A model generated the notes under the pieces. That model saw only the letters and a program-made list of their open reading frames with translations. It was not told where the DNA came from and did not search any database. The translations under genes and the position numbers were made by a program. From Ignicoccus hospitalis KIN4/I (lineage in GTDB: Archaea; Thermoproteota; Thermoprotei_A; Sulfolobales; Ignicoccaceae), in assembly GCF_000017945.1 (NCBI RefSeq), contig NC_009776.1, forward strand, positions 1,230,001 through 1,262,000: 32,000 nucleotides of DNA. Reading direction: 5' to 3'. Below are positions 8,522 to 15,158 of the stretch, one piece after another. Each line of letters starts with the position of its first letter. Within the stretch, counting starts at the first letter, position 1.

Positions 8522-8884
8522 TCAGAGGGAACGCAACAGATCCTCGAAATACTTGCGAGCTTCATCAGATAAAGATATCTCGCCCCTTTCCAACATCTCT
8601 TCCAACTCTCTCCTCGCGTCGTCGTCCGCCAAGAACCCCCATACCACGAAGGCCTTCGCAACGCCCTCGATCGTTTCGCCGGTCTTTATTACCCTCTCTA
8701 AGCTCTTTACGTCTGGCGCCTCTACATAGAATATCAAATAAGCTGGATTATCCGTCTCGTATATCTCAAAACCTAACTCCCTCAACTGGGAGGCGATCCT
8801 CGCGTACTCCTCTGTGCCCCTATAGTTAGGGGCGACTAAGAAGAAGCCCGTCGCAAAGGGCACTAGACTCGCACCGCTGAACAC
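8522..8884 (-). CDS. napD: NapD-like Tat-substrate chaperone candidate with a C-terminal acidic helical extension
   Basis: Sits directly upstream of napA on the same strand. IASQLRELGFEIYETDNPAYLIFYVEAPDVKSLERVIKTGETIEGVAKAFVVW follows the pattern I recall for E. coli NapD (ISTQLNAFPGCEVAVSDAPSGQLIVVVEAEDSETLIQTIESVRNVEGVLAVSLVY). This is the beta-alpha-beta-beta-alpha-beta ferredoxin fold. GTG start. The assignment rests on pattern and position only. Confidence 0.45.
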   Translation of the reverse strand: MFSGASLVPFATGFFLVAPNYRGTEEYARIASQLRELGFEIYETDNPAYLIFYVEAPDVKSLERVIKTGETIEGVAKAFVVWGFLADDDARRELEEMLERGEISLSDEARKYFEDLLRSL

Positions 8885-8932
8885 TTATCCAAAATTCATT
8901 AAATAGTGACCGCCCGGCGCTCGGGGCTCAAT

Positions 8933-9574
8933 ATGAAGCTGCTGAAGTACAAGACTTACCCAGAGGTTGAACTCGAAATAGAGGACTTCGAAGGACAGCC
9001 CTACTTGTTCTACGAGGAGTGTAGCAGCGGCATAAGGTTGGAGGCCGCACTGGAGGATGAGCTAGTAGAAGAAGCTAAGAACGCCTTGGAAGGCGAGCTG
9101 CCGGACTCCTTGCTGGCCTTATTGGGTATAGAGGTTTTCGGAGAGGACCTCGAGGCTCTTTGCGACGAACTTAGGGCGAGGGGGTTCCAGTGCGAGTTCA
9201 AGCGTAAGGAGGACGAGGAGTACTGTGAGAGCATAACCCTCAAGCTCTCCTCACCTAGCTCCAAGCTAGTAAAAGTAGTAGTGGAAAACGGTAAAATAAA
9301 GGTTTATCCCGCCAACGCCCGGAAGGGCTACATAGCCTTCAAGTGGGACGGCCGTAAGGCCACTTTGGAGGCCGCGGTCCCCTCTGCAATCCTCTCAGCC
9401 CTCGAAGACAAGGACGATAAAATCAAAGCTTTGATCGCTGCGTTGGTGCCGGAGCTCAGGGACGTAGGGGTGGAGGACCCAATTGAAGTCCTAAAGGCGC
9501 TAGAAGACTCCGGAAGAGATTATAAATTTTGTGTCGAGCGGAACGAACGTTTAGTAAGTTGGAGGCTCGAATAG
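8933..9574 (+). CDS. hypothetical acidic protein
   Basis: Clear ORF (MKLLKYKTYPEVELEIEDFEGQPYLFYEE...) with normal codon texture and no motif I recognise. ATG 8933 is preferred over GTG 8906 because the A/T-rich box aaaattcattaaata (8891-8905) lies about 30-40 nt upstream. Divergent from the napD-like gene. Confidence 0.5.
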   Translation: MKLLKYKTYPEVELEIEDFEGQPYLFYEECSSGIRLEAALEDELVEEAKNALEGELPDSLLALLGIEVFGEDLEALCDELRARGFQCEFKRKEDEEYCESITLKLSSPSSKLVKVVVENGKIKVYPANARKGYIAFKWDGRKATLEAAVPSAILSALEDKDDKIKALIAALVPELRDVGVEDPIEVLKALEDSGRDYKFCVERNERLVSWRLE

Positions 9575-9650
9575 CGAGACGAGCGTCGATTAGTACTCTA
9601 AACGTCCTAACATATTAGTGTTGTCCCGAGCCCCCGTAGGGTAGATCACA

Positions 9651-11516
9651 TTGACCGTAGTCCTACAGAAGACGGACGTTCCTCTGCAAATAGAGAAGCC
9701 GGCGACCAGAGAGCTCGTGGACAAGCTATGGGAGGTCGCCGGGGAGGCGAAGTACATCCTAGTAGAGGCGAGGGACGTAGAGGAGGCGCGCAAGGCCTTG
9801 TACCAGTGGCTCAGCGAAATGGAAACCAAGTACATGTACGGCGAAGTGGAAGTGCACCCGCTGATAAGGGCTCAAGCGCTTGAAGCCATAAGGGTATTCA
9901 AGAACGTCATTGCCCCTCTGAACGAGAAGCTGACTGGTTATTCCGCCTTGAAGTACTTGTACAAACTGGCGAGGTATGAGGGCATTGAAGAAGTCGACGA
10001 GGGCTTCGTCCTGGAATTCATTCACTTATTCAAGGCGATTTATGGAAAGCCGGACATATACCCCGCAAAGTACGCGGAAGGTCTAGGGTATTTCGACTTC
10101 TCCAAGTTGAAGGGGCGCCAAGCCGGCATAGCCCGGAGCGAATACTTGGATAGGTTGGCCTCACGGGTCTGGGAGTACATAAAGCGTTACCCCAGCGGCC
10201 TCGACCCGGAGGTAATAGAGAAGAGAAAGGAGAACCGAAGGAAGATATTGGAAGTTTTGGGAGGAAGCGAAGACGACTGGAAGGACTACAAGTGGCACTA
10301 CAAGAACGCGCTAAGGGGTAAGAGGGCAATAAAGGTGTTGAAAGAGCTCGTAAAGGGGTTGAGTGAGGAAGACTGGAAGGCGCTGGAGGACGCCGTCAAG
10401 TACAACGTCCCCTTCGGGATAACTCCGTACTACTTACACCTCTTCGACTTTGATGAGGGCTGGAAGCACGACTACGCGGTGAGGAGGCAAGTGCTACCGC
10501 CTCTCCACTACGTTAAGGAGATGGTTGCTCACCTGGACGAGAGGGAGTACTACTTCGATTTCATGGGAGAGCACGACACCAGCCCGCATCCGTTGATAAC
10601 TAGGAGGTACCCCATGGTAGCGATACTAAAGGCCGCCCACACGTGTCCCCAGATCTGCGTCTACTGTCAGAGGAACTGGGAGATAATGACTGCTATGGAC
10701 AAAGAGGCCATCCCCACCAGGATGACTATAGATGAAGCCATAGACTGGTTCGCCGAACACCCCAATATAATAGACGTTCTGGTGACCGGCGGCGACCCCT
10801 TCATACTAAGGGACGAAGACATAGAACATATAGTGAAGAGGCTGAGCGAGTTGGACCACGTCAAGATGATAAGGTTCGGCACCAGAACTCCAGTTACCGT
10901 TCCCATGAGGATAACGCCGGAGTTCGCCGAAATGCTCGGCTCTTACATCGAGCCCGGAAAGAGGAATATCCACGTGGTAACTCACGTAGAACACGCCTAT
11001 GAGGTAACTCCGGAGATGGCCGAGGCCGTGACCAACTTGCGCAAGAACAAGATATACGTCTATAACCAGCAAGTGTTCACCTTCTGGAACAGCAGGCGGT
11101 TCGAGACCTCTGCCCTTAGGATAGCGCTGAAGAGCATAGGCATCGACCCGTACTACACGTTCTACCCCAAAGGGAAGTGGGAGACGAAGGACTACCTAGT
11201 GCCCGTGGCCAGGATACTCCAAGAGAGGAAGGAAGAGGCGAGGGTCCTACCGGGCACCTTTAGGACGGAAGAGCCCGTCTTCAACGTCCCCAGGCTGGGC
11301 AAGAACCACTTGAGGGCGTGGCAAGACCACGAGCTGATAATGATAAGGCCCGACGGCAGGAGGGTGTACTTGTGGCACCCGTGGGAGAAGAACATCCAGT
11401 TGGTAGCGCCGTACATCTACACCGATATAGTGTCTATTAGGATGTACTTAGACAAGCTGAAGGAAGTCTTCGGAGAGGACTTGGAGGACTACAAGAGCAT
11501 ATGGTACTACTACTAA
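9651..11516 (+). CDS. KamA-family radical SAM protein (lysine 2,3-aminomutase-like), long form with a roughly 330-aa N-terminal region
   Basis: Radical-SAM cluster motif CPQICVYCQRNWE (10644-10667), followed by VLVTGGDPFIL, IRFGTRTPV and VYNQQV, which are typical of the KamA/EpmB family. TTG start, with the A/T box catattag at 9611-9618 about 35 nt upstream. Confidence 0.7.
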   Translation: MTVVLQKTDVPLQIEKPATRELVDKLWEVAGEAKYILVEARDVEEARKALYQWLSEMETKYMYGEVEVHPLIRAQALEAIRVFKNVIAPLNEKLTGYSALKYLYKLARYEGIEEVDEGFVLEFIHLFKAIYGKPDIYPAKYAEGLGYFDFSKLKGRQAGIARSEYLDRLASRVWEYIKRYPSGLDPEVIEKRKENRRKILEVLGGSEDDWKDYKWHYKNALRGKRAIKVLKELVKGLSEEDWKALEDAVKYNVPFGITPYYLHLFDFDEGWKHDYAVRRQVLPPLHYVKEMVAHLDEREYYFDFMGEHDTSPHPLITRRYPMVAILKAAHTCPQICVYCQRNWEIMTAMDKEAIPTRMTIDEAIDWFAEHPNIIDVLVTGGDPFILRDEDIEHIVKRLSELDHVKMIRFGTRTPVTVPMRITPEFAEMLGSYIEPGKRNIHVVTHVEHAYEVTPEMAEAVTNLRKNKIYVYNQQVFTFWNSRRFETSALRIALKSIGIDPYYTFYPKGKWETKDYLVPVARILQERKEEARVLPGTFRTEEPVFNVPRLGKNHLRAWQDHELIMIRPDGRRVYLWHPWEKNIQLVAPYIYTDIVSIRMYLDKLKEVFGEDLEDYKSIWYYY

Positions 11517-11741
11517 CCTCCAGTCTCTTTCATCATCTTTCATTTCCGTGTCTCCTGGAGCTTTAAGGAGTAAGTTACCAAAGGTCCATCCCGGCTATGG
11601 GGCTCTGGAACTATCGAGGCAACGGCACTATGACCCTCCGACGTCGCCTTGGCGAGGGCTTCCCAATAGCTTGAAAACAGAGGCGTTGTTAGTAGTTACT
11701 TAACAATAGAGGGATAAAACTTCTTTCTGTACCCTTCCCCG

Positions 11742-13964
11742 TTAAGGCCCGAGGAAGTCCTCTGCCTTGGGTGGTTCTGGGGGTAGGCCTTTCCTCTCCC
11801 TGATCTTCCTTATGAGCTCCGGTAGGAGCTGGTCGGGCACTGGCTCCCACCCGTAGAACTCGGTGCCCCAGAACGCCCTACCGGCGGTTACGCTCCTCAG
11901 CTCCATGGGGAGTTCGAAGCTCTCAGCTATGGGTACCGCCGCCACTATTCTGGCTTGCCCGCCCATGTCGATGACCTCCAATATCTTGCCTCTGTGCTTA
12001 GTTATGACGCCCGTCACCGCGCCTATGTACTCGTTAGGAACCCTTATGTCTAGCTTCTGCCACGGCTCCAGCAAGGTCGGGCTGTCGGTCAGCATGCTTG
12101 CGTAAACGGCGTTCCTAACTGCCGGGTATAGCTGGGCGGGACCTCTGTGCGCGGGGTCCTCGTGTATCACGGCATCCCACAGTATCACTTTGACGCCCCT
12201 TACCGGCTCCTTCGCTAAGGGCCCTTCCTTCATGGCGAGCCTCCAGCCGGCCAGTATGGTGTCCTTCACCTCCCTTAAGTGCTGGACGCCCACGGTCTTG
12301 TCAATGAATATGTTGAAGTTCTCCTCGTCGACGGCCCATATCCTCCTAGCGGTGTCGGCGTCCCAGTTGACCTTGTCCCTAAGGACCTTCGCCCTCTCCC
12401 TCGGGTCTTGGTCGTCAGTTATCTCGCCCTTCTGTATCATCTCAATTACTTCCTTCTCTAGCGGTTCCACGGTGATGTACAGCTTGTTGTGTTTGTTGGG
12501 GCTCTTGCCCTCTACCTTCTCTCCGGGCTTCCTCACGGTCTCACGGTAGGTTATCACGGGCGGGCTTACCTTGACCTCAAGGCCGTAAACCTCCTTGAGC
12601 TGTGTCAGCGCAATCTCTATGTGTAGCATGCCCATGCCGCTGAGCAAGTACTCGCCAGTCTCTTGGTTTATGGTCACCTTGAGGTTGGGGTCCTCTATGC
12701 TTAACGTCCTCAACGCCTCGATAAGCTTGGGCAAGTCCCTGGGGTTCTTGGGCTCTATCGCCACGGTCACCACGGGCTCGCTGACGTAGTGGAGCTGCTC
12801 GAAGGGCGCTGCTTGGTCCTTGTAGTTTATGTCGACTAGGGTCTCGCCGGCCCTGGCGTCGTCCAGACCGAGCATGGCAACTATGTTGCCCGCCGTCACG
12901 TAGTCCACTATTTCCCTGTCGGGACCCATGTAAATCGAAACTTGCAGTATCTTGCCCGGCTTTTGGGCGTTGACCAACCAGACCTCCTTGCCCGCGGTCG
13001 CGGTACCGGCCCAGACTCTGCCGGTGGCGACGAGCCTCTTAGTGTGGGGGTCTAGCCTCATGTCGTTTATGAATACTACCAAGGGGCCCTCGGGGTCGCA
13101 GTTGAGCATGGCCTTGCCTAGCTCGCTGTTTATGTCGCCCTTCCAGAGCCTGGGCACCCTGTACTTCTGGGCCTCTCTGGGGTTGGGCACCCAGCGGACC
13201 ACCATGTCTAGCAAGGTCTCGTGTAAGGGGGCCTTGTGGAAGAGCTCCTCTATAGCGTCCTTGCTTCCCTTTGCGTAGGCCTCTACTATGTCACTGAACT
13301 TTATTCCCTTTTCTTGGGCCATAGGTATCGTAATGCCCCACTTGTCCTTGGCACTGCCCAAGGCCACATGGCCCTTGGCGGGGTCCAACAACCACTTCTT
13401 GGCTATCTCTGGGTCGGGCGCGAAAGTCAATATGCGCTCGTTAACGTCCTTAATGATTTGGACTATCCTCTGTTGGATCTCTTGGGGGCTGAGCTTGAGC
13501 TCCTTGATGAGGCGGTCGACCTTGTTGATGAACAGAAGCGGCCTTACCAGCTCTTCTAGAGCTTGCCTCAAGACGGTCTCGGTCTGAGTCATTACCCCTT
13601 CTACAGCATCGACCACCAGTATGGCTCCGTCTAGTACCCTCAAGCTCCTGGTGACCTTACCGCTGAAGTCGACGTGGCCAGGGGTGTCTATCAAGTTTAT
13701 TACATAGGGCTTACCCTTGTACTCGTGGTACAAGCTTACGTTAGCCGCCTTTACGGTTATTCCCCTCTGCTGCTCAACGTCCAAGTAGTCTAGCGCCCTC
13801 GCCTCTCCCGCCAGTTTAGGGCTGAGTATCCCCGCGTGGGCCAAAAGCGCGTCGCTCGTCGTGGTCTTGCCGTGGTCCACGTGGGCTATGATGCCTATGT
13901 TCCTCACTTGCTCTACGTTTCTCATTATCTTCAAAATGTCTTCTACATGTTTGTACTTTGGCAT
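11742..13964 (-). CDS. fusA: translation elongation factor 2 (aEF-2)
   Basis: G-domain motifs [17 protein letters not shown] and NKVDR. Diphthamide-site motif [13 protein letters not shown]. Normal length of 740 aa, so no intein. Confidence 0.97.
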   Translation of the reverse strand: MPKYKHVEDILKIMRNVEQVRNIGIIAHVDHGKTTTSDALLAHAGILSPKLAGEARALDYLDVEQQRGITVKAANVSLYHEYKGKPYVINLIDTPGHVDFSGKVTRSLRVLDGAILVVDAVEGVMTQTETVLRQALEELVRPLLFINKVDRLIKELKLSPQEIQQRIVQIIKDVNERILTFAPDPEIAKKWLLDPAKGHVALGSAKDKWGITIPMAQEKGIKFSDIVEAYAKGSKDAIEELFHKAPLHETLLDMVVRWVPNPREAQKYRVPRLWKGDINSELGKAMLNCDPEGPLVVFINDMRLDPHTKRLVATGRVWAGTATAGKEVWLVNAQKPGKILQVSIYMGPDREIVDYVTAGNIVAMLGLDDARAGETLVDINYKDQAAPFEQLHYVSEPVVTVAIEPKNPRDLPKLIEALRTLSIEDPNLKVTINQETGEYLLSGMGMLHIEIALTQLKEVYGLEVKVSPPVITYRETVRKPGEKVEGKSPNKHNKLYITVEPLEKEVIEMIQKGEITDDQDPRERAKVLRDKVNWDADTARRIWAVDEENFNIFIDKTVGVQHLREVKDTILAGWRLAMKEGPLAKEPVRGVKVILWDAVIHEDPAHRGPAQLYPAVRNAVYASMLTDSPTLLEPWQKLDIRVPNEYIGAVTGVITKHRGKILEVIDMGGQARIVAAVPIAESFELPMELRSVTAGRAFWGTEFYGWEPVPDQLLPELIRKIRERKGLPPEPPKAEDFLGP

Positions 13965-13993
13965 ATTCTTGCCCGGTAGGGCTAAGGGTAAGG

Positions 13994-14003
13994 ATTTATA
14001 AAA
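13994..14003 (-). promoter_or_regulatory. TATA box candidate for EF-2 (TTTTATAAAT on the minus strand)
   Basis: The plus strand reads atttataaaa at 13994-14003. The box ends 30 nt upstream of the EF-2 ATG (13964), which fits a very short leader. Confidence 0.55.
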
Positions 14004-14013
14004 GGTGTGGGCT

Positions 14014-14892
14014 CTAGTGGACCAAGCTGCCGAGGCGTTGTTCGGAAATCATCCCCCTAACCACAGTGAGTATCTTAGACTCCTTCTCGACCCCCAAGAT
14101 GTTTCTTACTACCATAGTCAGCAGTTTACTTATGCTCTTCGCGTGCTCATTATACTCGGCCTTCATGAGGAGGGGAAGGTAAGAGTTTAAGTCACGATAG
14201 TACAACTGCATGGTCAGCGGTATTAGACCTATTAAGAGGGGGGAGCCCTTAGGGGCGGTCTTCTTGAGCAACCTAACCTTTACGTCTTCCCGGACGCCGT
14301 CCAGAACACCCATGGGTATCTTGTTTATTATTATCGAGGCCACTCTCCTCGAGAGGAGGTCGTTGCTGGAGATCATCCGGGGCCGGTCTATGCAGCTCTT
14401 CTTCTCGTTGCTAGTGATCACGATTTTTGCCCTGTTCACGAGTCCCGTATCTACGAAGGCCCTCTCTAGGAGGTACTCCCCTATCATGTCGGGAGGTACG
14501 TAAACTATCACGCCGAAGTCCTTGTGTAACAAGTAGTTTACGAACTCCGCGAGCTGCGCGCTCAAACCTCCTCCGAAGATGTTTTTTATGAATTTCCTCT
14601 CGTCTATTATCTTCATACACTCCTCAGTTATGATCTTTGTTATGAGTACGTCGGGAGCTTTTTCGAACCTCCTCGTCGCCTGCGCCGTGTGAATGATGTT
14701 GTTGAAGTATGCCGTGAGGCAGTTTGTCTCCATGTCGAACGAAGTGAAATCTGTGGATAGGTCTATGAGGATCACCGGCCTCTTGGTTTCTATGTTTAGG
14801 TGGATTGCCAGTTCCAGTGCGAGCACTTTGCTACCAGACCCTCTGCACGTCGGCGTCACCAATACTAGCATTGTTGGTCTGCCCCCATACAT
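14014..14892 (-). CDS. hypothetical protein with ParA/MinD-like (SIMIBI NTPase) strand-helix topology and a degenerate P-loop
   Basis: [25 protein letters not shown] sits where the deviant Walker A (KGGxGK[ST]) would be. It is followed by [19 protein letters not shown] (Walker-B-like), AKIVITSN and SIIINKIP. An alternative ATG at 14871 gives MLVLVTP. The A/T box AATATAAAT (minus strand, 14909-14918) lies just upstream. Confidence 0.3.
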   Translation of the reverse strand: MYGGRPTMLVLVTPTCRGSGSKVLALELAIHLNIETKRPVILIDLSTDFTSFDMETNCLTAYFNNIIHTAQATRRFEKAPDVLITKIITEECMKIIDERKFIKNIFGGGLSAQLAEFVNYLLHKDFGVIVYVPPDMIGEYLLERAFVDTGLVNRAKIVITSNEKKSCIDRPRMISSNDLLSRRVASIIINKIPMGVLDGVREDVKVRLLKKTAPKGSPLLIGLIPLTMQLYYRDLNSYLPLLMKAEYNEHAKSISKLLTMVVRNILGVEKESKILTVVRGMISEQRLGSLVH

Positions 14893-15002
14893 TCAATGAT
14901 GAGAGGAGATTTATATTCGACCATGGTGACCCCTCAAGTACGTCTTAATGGTCTCGGGTTTTGAGAAGGATCGCAAACCCTTGACTGGAGCAGTCCTCTC
15001 AA

Positions 15003-15012
15003 ATCTTAAAAG
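15003..15012 (+). promoter_or_regulatory. TATA-like box for tRNA-Ser(UGA)
   Basis: atcttaaaag ends 23 nt before the mature tRNA 5' end at 15035. Confidence 0.5.
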
Positions 15013-15034
15013 AACGTCAGCGAGCTCCTCTACC

Positions 15035-15121
15035 GCCGGGGTGCCCGAGCGGCCCAAGGGGCCGGCCTTGAGAGCCGGTGGGGGAAACCCCGCGCGGGTT
15101 CGAATCCCGCCCCCGGCGCCA
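15035..15121 (+). tRNA. tRNA-Ser (anticodon UGA), class II with long variable arm, CCA encoded
   Basis: GCCGGGGTGCCCGAGCGGCCCAAGGGGCCGGCCTTGAGAGCCGGTGGGGGAAACCCCGCGCGGGTTCGAATCCCGCCCCCGGCGCCA. Acceptor GCCGGGG/CCCCGGC, anticodon stem CCGGC/GCCGG, loop CTTGAGA (TGA at 15069-15071) and T arm GCGGG-TTCGAAT-CCCGC. Confidence 0.93.
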
Positions 15122-15158
15122 GAGTCGCACGAACGCGTCGGGCGACTGGTAGATAGTT

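Noticed and set aside
8392-8661. A 90-aa N-terminal extension of the napA ORF, which the track lists as 1349 aa starting at 8661
   Set aside because: The extension (MRRPSWYGGSWRTTTRGESWKRCWKG...) is Arg/Trp/Cys-rich with no coding texture. It overlaps the napD-like gene out of frame by 140 nt. It would also bury the twin-arginine signal that begins at the internal ATG 8391, whereas Tat signals must be N-terminal.
11524-11540. GATGATGA on the minus strand just after the KamA-like stop, considered as a C box
   Set aside because: The downstream sequence gives CUGG rather than CUGA, and only 6 nt away. The putative RNA would run into the KamA coding end. The pattern is not convincing.
11742-13964. 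Checked EF-2, CarB (28600-31743) and NapA for inteins
   Set aside because: EF-2 (740 aa) and CarB (1047 aa) have normal lengths with contiguous motifs. The extra NapA length is spread over several surface-type insertions without intein splice-junction or homing-endonuclease motifs.
14896-14902. ATGATGA (C-box-like) upstream of the ParA-like gene, considered as a C/D box sRNA
   Set aside because: There is no CUGA D or D' box at the required spacing of about 12 nt, and no terminal stem. The adjacent A/T box is better explained as the promoter of the divergent gene.
14919-14980. Two small hairpins (GACCAT...ATGGTC and GGGTTT...AAACCC) upstream of tRNA-Ser(UGA)
   Set aside because: They have only 6-bp stems with large loops (23 and 13 nt). 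Such stems are expected by chance in a 140-nt spacer, and no box motifs are associated.
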